A stretch of DNA of 64,000 nt. Source: Mytilus edulis. Its lineage: Eukaryota. The stretch lies in contig NC_092344.1 of the NCBI RefSeq assembly GCF_963676685.1, forward strand, positions 71,734,001-71,798,000, given 5' to 3'. Below, piece after piece: positions 48,206 to 60,339 of the stretch. How positions within the stretch are numbered: the first letter of the stretch is position 1; every line of letters begins with the position of its first letter. The position numbers and the translations under genes were made by a program. The notes below the pieces were generated by a model, which made no database searches, was not told the DNA's origin, and was given only the letters and a program-made list of their open reading frames with translations.

Positions 48206-51186
48206 TTCAGATATAACAAAACTTTTAACAAATTCATTGGACATAATTATTTACTTTAAACAGATCTGTATTAGCTGATATAAATAAATCCTTACCAGGT
48301 TTTCTTTGGTTAAAATTTTTATTAAAATGTTGAACAATAGCAGAAGGCTGCCAACAATTTCCATACAATAACTTATGAACAGCGAAAACAATAATTTAAA
48401 ATTTTTAAAATATTCTTACTGATGACAAAATATGTCTCAAGGGAGCTAACTCATACTGAATTTAGAGTAGTTCAGTTGAATCTCAGAAAACACAAAAATT
48501 ATACTGATAATAAAGAAAATTTAGTGCTTTGTCCTGTTATATTTAGGCAAGTTTTATTAGTGCATTTACCACACGTTCTACTTTTTTTTGTTATATTTTC
48601 TGGATTTTTTCTATTGACCATGTCAATTTTTATATAAAAAAAAGTGTATAATATTATGTACATTTTTGAATATCTCATGCTTGTCATTTTGAAGTCTTTC
48701 ATGTTGTTGGTTGAACTTATATCAATCTATATCATTGTTACATATTATTTTACAAGTTTGTTTTTTTTTACTTGTCTCAAGCATTTATTGTTGTTGAAAT
48801 ATATAAATCAGAAAGTTTTTGTGTCTATTTTTAATGTTGTTATGTTGCCCATACATATAAATCCTTTTTAATGCAATATAGCTTTTTGTCTATTTGATAA
48901 ACATGTATACAAATTAATACAAGATCATAAAATCAAATTTGAAACTTGTATATTGTTCATAGCTAGGTAAAAAAGTATGTCAGCTGGAGCAAAGGTCACA
49001 TTTTGCAAATAGTGCATGTATAAACATGTTCAATTTCTGACTGTATCAGTCTTGATTGTTAATTACTAGCATAGCAAAAATATGACTGAGGCCATGCAAA
49101 AATTGTTGTTGGTTCCCCCTTATCCTTCTGGGTCAGTTTTTACCCTCCACCCTCTTGGTTAGTTCGTTTTTTTTGGCAGATGAAAAAAAATGTTCCTCTG
49201 GTTCCTTTTGACAATTTACGAGGATGCGATTTACAATCTCTTAATTGTGTCAAAATTACTCAAATATCATCCATTTAGATTACACAGCTTATATCACATA
49301 ATAGAATTTAAATCAAGAATTTACTGTCAGTTTAACAACAACATTCTCTGACTCTATATAGTGAAACTGATTTTTCAGAAAAAAAGTTAAAAAAATTACT
49401 AAAAATATTTCTTGCTTGCCAGGCCATGATAATTTCACATGTTACAGGAAGCAACATTTATTTTTTAATGGCCTGATCATGTGAGATTTTCACTTACAGA
49501 CCTGTACAATAGTAAAAAGTTTCAAGTGAGGGGGGAAATCTGTATTGTGTAGACTGCAGTTTGTATGTGATATTATTGTTGTTCATATTGTTCTTGTTCA
49601 TTTTAACAAGTATAAAATTTATAAAGGATGTTTTTGTGTTTTTAAAGCCATATAATCATAAAAAAGTTAATCTTTTGCTGGGCACAAAAATGTGTACCTG
49701 TATTCAATTCTTCATTGACACACATTTTCATGGATTTTAGAGATTAAGTATTTTAGTGGATAATTGATTTTACTGTTTTTGACAAATTTTACAAACAATC
49801 CAAAGACATGTGTACTTAGCTCAATACTTAAATTTGAGGTTTACTTTTACCATTGCAATACAAAAAAAAAATAGTACCAGTGCTTAACATATAATTACGA
49901 AATTTACTGTATATCATTCAGGTTATGACAATGAACACAAACTACAGTGAATCATGAAAATGTCATAAACATGCATCAACAAGATAATTGATTGGTGTTT
50001 AATGCCACTTTCATCACTTATTTTCTACTTCTTGGCATTGAGTTTGTATTGGTGGAGAAGCGGGAGAGAACCATAACCTTTGATAGGGAAACTGACAATC
50101 CTAGTCAATTAAGATGAGAATCTAGCACACCAGCCACACAGTGAATACGATGTCTGTGATACAGTAGTTTAGACCAATATAACACCAAAACCCCTTCCAA
50201 AAGATGTAATCTGCACTATTGCTCACTAATGGTGCCATCAAACTTGAGTTATTATATAAATTTAATATGAAAAGATACTTGTAAAAAATTTAGCATACAC
50301 TATAATTATAACTTTCATGTGTAAATTTTAATATACAATACATTAAGTACAATCTTAACTCATAAATGCATAGGTGTAATAAGTTAAAGAGACACACAAA
50401 AGTCATCAATCAATAACAAAATTTAAAATTTCATTTGAAAAATTAAATAATTTCGAGTTATCTCCCATTAACTTTAAATTTGCTAGGAGTGCAACATCTA
50501 AACTTTTGGGATCATATTTAGAGTTAAATCCCCTTAACTATAAATTTGCTAATACAATGTAATAGTGCAACATCTCAACTTATCTGGAATTTGTATGCTC
50601 TTTTGAATTGGTATGATGAATCTTTCAATGTGAGTCAATTTTATCAACGAAGATTTTAAAAATTCTTCTTTATATCTGTGTATTGCAAAATCTTCAGGTG
50701 TTGGGAGCAGTTTTCCAGGATGTCAATACCTCATTAAATCTCTGACAAATCTTTGCAATATTGGTGACCCAAGTCATTATTGGAGAGGTATGAAAATATG
50801 ATAATCCATTATTCCTCTGGTAAGGTCTCAATCATCATGATGGTTTCTGGGAATAAAAGAAAAATAAATCATATTATTTTCAATACCTTTAAATATATTT
50901 ATTTATGCATTACTTTTCATGTTAATGCATGTACTTGACATTCCAAATTGTAATCATAACTATTAAGATGACTTGAAATACATCTACTACATGTACTGTA
51001 ATGGACAATTCATAAATCGTTTTGCAAATATGACAACCTCACATCAAAATTAACCAATGTGCAAAGTCACACAAAAATCCTGCATTTTACAATATTTTAC
51101 TTATCTGGATAAGACAAAACATAAAGTAAATCTGCTTATGTTCATGCTCAACTAATAAGTTAAAATACTTACAGTTCTTATGCAGC

Positions 51187-51727
51187 TTAAACTTTATTTG
51201 AAACACACAATGCTACTCCTAATACAACCATAGCCACACCAATGAATGTTTCTGAAAAAATGTATTTAAAAATAAAATACACTAATGAATATCTTTCAAC
51301 TATATAAAAAAAAAGGTACAGGGCAAAATAACCTTATCAAAAATTGAAAAAGCCAATCCTAATACATTACTGCAATTATATAAGATATAAACAAAGACAA
51401 CCACTGAAAAGGTCTCTAATTTTATACAGGAACTTACACATAGATAATTTAGCTGATCTGTAACAATAACATCTTCGTGCCTTATATATCATGTACTGTA
51501 GTACGCCGCTAGATTAAAACTGACGAGGAAAGGTAACACACGGCCAGCGAAAGCTCTTTTTATGAGAGCCCAGGTGGTCGTGTGGTCTAACGGGACGGCT
51601 GCAGTGCAGGCGATTTGGTGTCACGATATCACAGTAGCATGGGTTCAAATCCCGGCGAGGGAAGAACCAAAAATTTGCGAAGGCAAATTTACAGATCTAA
51701 CATTGTTGAGTTGATGTTTAGACGAGT

Positions 51728-51782
<55 letters not shown>

Positions 51783-51786
51783 CGAG

Positions 51787-51817
<31 letters not shown>

Positions 51818-54298
51818 TCAAACGTCTTTCCGCAAGCCCAAAAGCCTTAAAGACTTGCTGGTGAGAGCTGAGTTATCCTCTCAAGCAGGCTCTTCGTCAG
51901 TGGGCTCTTGTAAGGGTTGTGGAAACAAACGATGTCTGACTTGCAAACAAATACTGGATACCCAGACTTTTAAGTCACTCCACTGGTACAGAATACACCA
52001 TATTTTGCAATGTTAATTGCAAGACTACAAATGTTGTGTATCTCCTACAGTGTAAATGTGGTAAACAGTATGTAGGCGAGTCAGAACAGCCGTTTCACAA
52101 ACGAATGAACGGTCATCGTAGCGACTACCAATGCAAGCCAGACCTCCCTCTTAGTCGACATTTGAGATCCCCTGGCCACACTAAGGCAGATCTCAATCGA
52201 CTGACCATTACTATCATTGACCACAACTCTGCTTGGTCTAGGGAGGATAGACTTACTCGGGAAAGATTTTGGATAAGAAAATTAACAACTATGGCACCAA
52301 ATGGGATAAATGAAAAGATGTAGTTCGACACCATGCAGTGCTTCACATCTGGGTTATATTACTTATTATTACAGTCTCCGTTTCTATTTCTTTACCTTAC
52401 TCATCTCTAAAATAAATCTGTTGAATATAACAATTTAAATTGCTTAATTTTTTGAGGGATGTATAAGTACCAAGCCACGTCCAACTATTTTACTTTAGTC
52501 AAAATTTGTTATTATATTTTAATGGCCGTTTGTTTTAAACATCGCAGACTCTAATGTAACTACACTACAGTTGTCAAATCTGAAATATTTAGAAATTCAG
52601 ACCGTTCAGTGCTGTTTATTTGGAATTCTTATTGACGTAATCTTTCTTGTAACATCATAATATCGACACCGTTAAAGCTTTAAAATTGTGCTAGTTCACA
52701 GCACACATTATTATTTTTATTTAAAGCATATATTTGAACTCTCTGATGTAATTAGTCATATAACCTATGTCATATTCAACAAATTTTTAGAATGGTGCAA
52801 GCGTCTTAACTGATGTTAGGTTTGCCTTTTTTTTGGTATAAATTTCAAGATTTAGTAAAAGTTTAATCTAAGAAGACTTAAAGATGATTCATTTAACATC
52901 AGAATCTGACTGACGAAGGATATCTGTTATCCGAAATATTTATAAATAATTACATTTATAGTTCCTTTTTATATCATTGGTGTTGTTATGTACACTTTTT
53001 AGGTGTTTATATATATATATATTGAAAGGTGAAATGGATGAGAGAAAACAAAGTCTGTAATCAATTTGAAAACTAAGAGCTAGTTAAGGGCATCAAAATC
53101 CTTCCCCTCCTCGTAAGGATATCAGATATCACTGGGTTCATGTTTATCAAAAATGTCATATACTGGTGCCCTGGTATCATAATTTAATTTAAAAAATCTA
53201 TAACTTTAACTCACCTAAACTCTGAATCTTCTCTCCCAAGAAATGACCAGATAACATAGTAAATATGAAAGTAAGAGAATTTGTCACAGGAACAGCTAAG
53301 GACAACTCTACAATTAGATCAGACAAATAAAACTTGATTATAAAATATCTAGTGTTTTTTAGACTGTCCGTGAAAGTAAAACATATAGTTCTAAGCTAAC
53401 ATCCTCAAAAAGTAATTTTTATATAAGTTATAAAAAAAGTAATTAAGCATGGCAAGTCAAAATAAGAAATACATTCATAGGTTTCAGACAAAAACTTAAT
53501 GACATGTATGTTATTCTTTTATCAGAAATTCATACAAAAATGAAAGCTAATAATTACTTTTTTTCTTGATATAGATATAAATTCTATTTTTATATAATTT
53601 TTTTCTTTTTGAAATTTCATTTGAAAAGTGATGAAGGGAGATAACTGAAGTGTCTATAGATTTCTGTACGGTATGGGTTATGGTCACTCTTTGTTTTTTC
53701 TTATTTTTGCTGGTAGCGGTATATATAGATTTTAGTGGTTTAAACATCATGTACATACCAACAGAAGCTAAAGTCAGGTAAAATAACACAGATCCAGATT
53801 GATTCAGAAGAAATGCCATACAGTACTGAAATGAAAAGTTCCCATACATGTATATGTTTCTGTAAAGTTCAGCGATTTCAAAAGCGGGTTATAGTGAACT
53901 GCAATTTAATTAGTCTTATTGTGTCCCTCAGTGATTTAATTACAATAATTAAAGGTAAGTATGGGATCCAATACATGGATAATAAAGGAAGAATTACACA
54001 TTTAACTAAAACGGGTGACATGGTATTTTGATAAACTGCTGTGGACACAGGTTCATATTTTAAAGGTATGTACTGTTGAGGAACTGGAATAAATATTTGA
54101 AAAAAGTAAAATGGAATACATGTACTACATAATAAAACAAACCTTCCAGTTAGAAAATAGGAAATAGAGCTCTGCAAGAATCTGTTTAACTTTGCAATTT
54201 CTTTTTATTCTTTCAACTCCTTGACTTTCTCTTTTTATGAGAGGATTTGTTCCACCCCACAAGGTGGCCACAACTACAAACCATAAGACTTGTGTCAT
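51187..54298 (-). CDS. TMEM234: Transmembrane protein 234, 126 aa; exons 54298-54143, 53825-53759, 53307-53215, 51251-51187
   Basis: MTQVLWFVVVATLWGGTNPLIKR...FLFSNWK|YCMAFLLNQSGSVLFYLTLASV|ELSLAVPVTNSLTFIFTMLSGHFLGE...|ETFIGVAMVVLGVALCVSNKV*; GT-AG introns with consistent phases. The start may extend into an upstream exon. Confidence 0.9.
51568..51729 (+). mobile_element. tRNA-related SINE-like repeat ending in (TA)n
   Basis: A box tggtcgtgtgg and B box ggttcaaatcc; no closing acceptor stem or clear anticodon arm. Confidence 0.55.
51721..51815. repeat. (TA)n microsatellite, duplicated with the leading gacgagttgt
   Basis: gacgagttgt(at)n at 51721 and again at 51781. Confidence 0.9.
51816..53007 (+). 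mobile_element. 5'-truncated Penelope-like element (Neptune-like; Cys-rich linker plus C-terminal GIY-YIG endonuclease) in a TMEM234 intron
   Basis: RKPKSLKDLLVRA...CKGCGNKRCLTC, frameshift near 51975, then NVVYLLQCKCGKQYVGES...RERFWIRKLTTMAPNGIN (stop 52323); (TA)n on both sides. Confidence 0.85.
52904..52950 (+). ncRNA. Hammerhead ribozyme core in the Penelope 3' region (partial)
   Basis: CTGACGA (52910-52916), a, ggata tctgt tatcc, GAAA (52933-52936); the 3' strand of stem I could not be identified. Confidence 0.5.
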
Positions 54299-54929
54299 AA
54301 TATTTCTGAAAAAAAAAATTCAATAACTTTAAATAATCTGATACAAAAAATGTTTACTTACTAAATTTTATATAAAAATTAAGTTCAGTTGGTCATCGAT
54401 AATTCTATTTGTGACATAGTTGCCCTCCACATATATTGCATATTTTTCTGTTACCATGAAACTAAATTCAAACAAGGATTATTATAGTAAGACTTGATTC
54501 AAAAATAAACTTCATAATATTTTAAAAAGCAAACAAATTTTTCTTAATAATTTGAAATTTAGAACTATTAGAGCTATGAGATGAGTTAAATCTACTGTTT
54601 AACAGTAAGGTGATAGGATCTTTGCCATAAAGAGTAAATTTCATCAATCTCACTTTTAGTGAGTCCCAAAGGCAGGTGAGCATTTTACACCCATCCCCCT
54701 TTTTCAAACACCTACAATATTTGAAGTCATGTTTAATGTTGTAAATAGTTACATCTATGATAGTATTAGAACACTATTAAAATTGATGTTAAGACCTGTA
54801 GATTACAGTGACAATGTTTTATGTACGAAAAGTCATTTTCAACAACCAGTGGCAGTGTGGGGAAAGTCCAATCCAAAGATATTTTTAGGGTATGGGTCAA
54901 GGACGTCTGTGATTTATGCGCCACCTTCC

Positions 54930-56090
54930 ATTTGTCAACTTCCGGTATATTTTCGAAGTAAGTTGTCACTTTTATGAGTTTTTCTTTAACAGCCCTGCCA
55001 TATTATCTTATGTTTGTTTACATTGTGTAGGAAACCAAACTAGTATAGTTAACTATGAAAAAGATAGATATATCAAAACAAAGCATTATTTTCCTCCATT
55101 GTTTACAATGTCAATGTTGCCCCTTCTTTGCTGCAAAAATGTATGGAATGTAGGTGTAATCTACTTGTAGCCGCTAGTCTGGTGTATCTTTTACAAATAA
55201 GAACTTATCTCCATACCCCGAATTAAAGGCCTCTAACGTAATTTAAAACGTACATGTATGGAAAAAATAAAATGAACGAATATGGTGTATCTCTATCCCC
55301 GAGGAACCAGTAATGACGCACCTAACGTTGTGTTTGTCTCTGCATTTAATCTACCATTTTAAAGAAAAAGAAACACGGAATAGAATGAAAGATTGATCAC
55401 TTGTTAATGTATTTCAATCATTAAACAGTTGATTTTTGAAACAGTAAAAGCAATAAAAATCATGTTTGCTAACATTACAAACGGACTGTCAACTTATGAT
55501 GGGTACCAGTAATGACGCACTATAAACAAACCAGTAAAAACCACTTGCAGTGTACCTGATGTTCGAAAAATTGCTTCAATCCGGATAATTTAAAGTTAAC
55601 ACTATTCAACAAATTTAATTTTAATAACAAATTTTGACATTTTCAGTCACTTTTATGATCATGTTGATAGCAACACAATTTTTTTTATTAATTTAATTGT
55701 AACCTATATTTTATTTCAAATTTTATATAAAATTGTTCAAAATTTATCAAAGTGACATATATATTCCATATACTTGAAAATAAGAAGTAATTGCATTCAT
55801 AAAACAACATTGACATTAAAACATTTATCAATGCAAATGCAATGTATACTTCGTACAATGAATGAAAAAAATCGATAAACAATAGAAAATTATATAAGCG
55901 ACGATCATTTGTTCTACAGTGATTCCCGCTTAAATGTAAAACCATGTCACATGACAGTCATATGATTTGAAAAACACAAACTGGGGCAGCATGTGCTTAC
56001 ATACTTTTGCCGGCCAAAGTGGATTTAGGACTGATAATCATTCTGGGAAGGGTAGACTGTTTTTGACCTTAATAAAATGGCGGAAATTGC
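54930..56090. promoter_or_regulatory. Probable divergent promoter region between TMEM234 (-) and MPDZ/PATJ (+)
   Basis: ETS-like ccggaagt on the minus strand near 54938-54945 and YY1-like aaaatggcgg on the plus strand near 56074-56083; the genes are head-to-head. Confidence 0.35.
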
Positions 56091-56861
56091 ATTATCTTTA
56101 CTAATTCAAGCAATAATAACATTTCTGGACAGAGTTTGAGGCATCTATGTTGTAGTCATATGACCTTCACCATCATGTTATGAATAGTAATTATCGATGA
56201 CGTCACAGCTTTTGTTTAGAAATATAAAACCCAAAAATAAATTGGTGCGTCATTTCTGGTCCGCGTCAAAACAGGTACCAAGACGATATCATAACTTGAT
56301 AAGGATAAAGTACATGTATGATGTACAAATCAAATGGTAACAGATAGACATATGTTATTGTTTTTGTTAAAAAAATGTATGTAAGATAAAAGTCCCAGAT
56401 ATATAACTGTATAAAGTAATGCATGTTTTAATTTAAAAAAAACAACAATTGAAATCAGATTTTAATAAAGAACTCAGAGTATATGTAGTTGCATTTCAGT
56501 CAAAAACTTTCTCAGTGCACATGTACATCATTTGCGAGTTTATGGGCGTCGTCACTTCTGTTCTCATGTTGAGCAATCGGTTAAAAAAAATAATGCTAAT
56601 TGTATGAATTTTTTCAGCAAATTAAGATTTTAGAATTGATATTCATCTGACACTGTTGTCAATAGGGCAAAAATGTACCTCCTGAACAAACATTATTTCT
56701 AATTTTATCCTGCATAATAATACATGTCAGGAAGATGCTTGATGAACTTGAAAAGTACATTGATACAGGCAATCCCCTCTATCATGTCCATCAGGTAAAT
56801 GACACCATAAAGGGGTGCATAATTTATGAACTTTTCTGGTGATGTAATTCTGAAGTAGTCT

Positions 56862-56956
56862 ATTGAAGACCTGTTGGTGACCTTCTCCTTTTGTCTGTTC
56901 TATGGTCGGGTTGTTGTCTCTTTGACACATTCCCCATTTCCATTCTCAATTTTATT
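56862..56956 (+). mobile_element. Short 3'-end fragment of the Naiad-type family
   Basis: attgaagacctgttggtgacc...ttgacacattccccatttccattctcaattttatt matches the element terminus. Confidence 0.8.
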
Positions 56957-59900
56957 GCTCCATTACTTAATAAATAATGATGATTTCCTGTTCATAATCA
57001 TTAGGTTCTTCTTTACCATAGTCGATACACTTTAACATCTGATCATTACAAAGCTATTTGGTCCAATCCGGAATATGAGTGACAGAGTCACCTTCCTATT
57101 GTTGGTCAAGTGTTGCAAAAACTAAGGTCATCAGTAAAAGAGGGACAAAAGATACCAGAGGGACATTCAAACACATTAATAGAAAATAAACTGATAGTGC
57201 AACATGATACAATGGCTAAAAAAAATAAAACTATAGTCCACAAAACAAAAATTAAAGACTAAGCAAACACTAACCCCCTGAAAACTGGGGGTAATCTCAT
57301 GTGGTCCTGGAGGGTTAGTACATGTAGATCCTGCTCCACATGTGGCACCCGTCGTGTTTTACATGGTAGTTCAATCTCCGGTAATAGGTCTAAAATTGGT
57401 AGGTCACAATAGACACATTCATGAAAAGACAACAGGATTGCAGTAAGGACACAAGGAACATATATCTGCTATCATCTGTGAAACAGATATTCCATTATGG
57501 TCAACCAATTTCACCATTTGGAATTCTTGGTCTTATAACTTCCTTGTGCACAGCAATCCTCTATCAAGGAAATCGTGACAGGAAATACAAGCCGATGAAT
57601 ATAGTATCAATTGGGAGACATATATATACATGTACTCCTTATTCAGGGGCTGCATGAATGTTGCTACGTTGTACAAAGAAATGGAAAAATCACAATTGAG
57701 AAGCTGACTAATCACTTTTGTCGTAACAGTCCCTCATTGTCATTTCTAGTTGCAAGATATGAGGCAGACTTACATTTAAGCTATATGTTTTATCCTTTAT
57801 TTCTAGTTAAATGGGATAGATGTGTTCAACATAGTCCCCAAATTTTGAATTATTTATTAAAAAGTGAGAGAAAATCATCTATCTATAGTGAAAAGTAAAG
57901 TTGAAGGATACTGCTAACTTCTTTTTTTTTCTTCTCAAGAAGTTCATGTATAAAGTCAGCCTCATAAGAATAAAGGAATAAGCAGGCAAGGAGAGGGAAA
58001 CATTTGGTTTTCATGGTAAAAACGTGTTCTCCAAACGTAACCAATATGCTGTCAGTCAAGAAATCAAGCAGCTTGATAATGTCTGTTTCAGAGAATTTTT
58101 TGTTTTTATCAGATTGATTTTACTAAGTTTTATTTATTTATACCTAAAACAAGATACTTGTTTCTACATTGGCCATTATATTCCTTTTTATGAAACAAAG
58201 CAATACCAACTCTGTCAATTTGTCTTTTTGTTTTGGAATGGATGGGAATACTTGTGTAAAGTGTAGAAAAGTCAAATGTTTTAATATAATACTATCATGA
58301 CTTCTGCAAGATGAAAAAGTCTTAGATTCATTGCATTGTATGTAAATCACTGAGAGAGGAAAAAGTTAGAAAGTGAATATTTTGAAGTTTTGATGGTTTA
58401 TGATCCAATTTGAAAAGTTTTAAACACAATATAATTCAAACAGGGGCTCGGCCTCAGATAGCTGCAACTGGACTGTGAAGTCATAAAAAGTTGTGTAATT
58501 TGAAAACTTACCCAGATTGGAGTAAATAATGACAAGTGAAGGTGTATTATAGTACATGTAGTTCTGACATTACTTGGACAGGAATCTCCACGAAATGTTT
58601 TATAATGTTAGACTGCTATTAGTAATGTATTTTCCACCCTTGTCCTGTCAGTCCAACAAATGGAAGTTTTTAGCGACCTTGACTGGCTATACAGCCCTTG
58701 CACGGTCGGCACCTTTCTTTTTTTTTAAACTCTGGATTTATAGTCATGAGTTGATATAAAATATATTTTAAAAGCAACCAATTTTTTGTCATGTCTACCC
58801 CTCCCATTCCAAACACATGTACAAAATGTATACAATCAGGAATTTTTCTGATACATTGTAGTTGAACGTCATAGAATAACATGCCGTAATAGATCAATCT
58901 CCTTATACATTTGTTGTATTGATTATTTATTTTAAAAAAGTTATTGACTTTGAATGATTTTTTTTTATAAAATATTGAATATTATTACGGCAAACTCCTT
59001 AGTTTTATCACAATAAAAATACTCAAAATGCAAACACTAGAAATGTTTAAGTAATGGACTTATGTGTAAATTCAATATATTGTAATCTGCTTTGTTTTTT
59101 CAATTTCATATATTCCAATTGTATTAGATCAAGTTTCACTTTTTTTTTCGACAACTTCTCCTGCTATTGAATGCACAAAATAATTAGTTAGAACTAACCC
59201 CCTGATTTGCATTTAACCTACAGTTTTATAATGAAAATTGCAAATAAACAGTATGACCTAAAGGTATCACCTCTGATTTGAATTGACAAATTTGTCAATG
59301 AGGATAAATAACACAAATTTTCCCAATTCTGACAATTTTGAAAATAGTGTGAAAGTTTCCAGAGCATTTGTCACAATGTAATACAATACAAAAAAATCCA
59401 TGAAAATCATACAATTTGCACAAGAATGTCAATTCAAATAAAAAGTAGTTTAAGTAATTTTCCATATATATATTTAAGATTTACAAACAAATGTCCTATG
59501 ATTTCTTTTGCTCCAGCCGTAATGGCTTTAAGTTTTATAACATAATGTGCTAGTGGGGTCATCTGTCCCATGGACACATTCCTGTTTTATTTGTTTTTTA
59601 AAGTTTTGCACAACACAATGGTGTCCAATTTCAAATGGTACATGAATGACAATAAGGATGAAATCTGTAACATTATTCAAAAAAGATATTTCATTTGACC
59701 TACAGTATATTATAATAGGCCTAGTTATGCAAACTTGAAAAAATAATTTTAGATGTTGAGGGAAACCTGATTCACATGTAATCAAACTCAAAGCTTGACA
59801 TTATGATTTAATTCTCAAAACTGCTTTAAATCATTAACTTCTACAAAATATTGAAGCAACATACCGGTAAGTATTTATTTGAAAAATAAATCTTTGTAAG

Positions 59901-60075
59901 TCTAATGTAAGATGAGCATTTCTTTTCATTTATGATGATGTACATGTAACCTACATTTGTTAAGGAGGATGGGACTAAGTTGTAAATGGTCGAAGCAAAA
60001 TAAACACAAAAGGTGTGAGAGATACCTGTATAACTTTACCATGCTCGATCTATACATTTGTAATTGAAACACACT

Positions 60076-60217
60076 CTGGCCTTGCGGTCATAAAACTTTC
60101 GAGCACGGTTTTTGTACTCGGACTCGAGAATCAACCAATCAAAATGCTTTATTTCATGTTTCGAGCATGATCTTTGTGCTCTGAGCACTGAGCAAAGTTT
60201 TATGACTTCAACCCCAG
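60076..60217. mobile_element. Small MITE
   Basis: Imperfect TIRs ctggccttgcggtcataaaacttt / aaagttttatgacttcaaccccag. Confidence 0.6.
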
Positions 60218-60339
60218 AAGTCTACATCCATGTACCTTTTAATGTTTTTAGATACAATGCACATTGTATGTGATTTATTTTGTTCTTTTTCAGATTATTA
60301 TGGTAATTTGAAGATTTTATCCACCAGAGAAAATTTAAA

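Noticed and set aside
51516-51560. Hammerhead-like ctgacga...gaaa upstream of the tRNA-like repeat
   Set aside because: Stem II cannot pair in this copy.
51568-51662. tRNA gene, including tRNA-Sec
   Set aside because: A and B boxes are present but there is no TCA anticodon arm or acceptor stem; a related copy at 36973 indicates a repeat.
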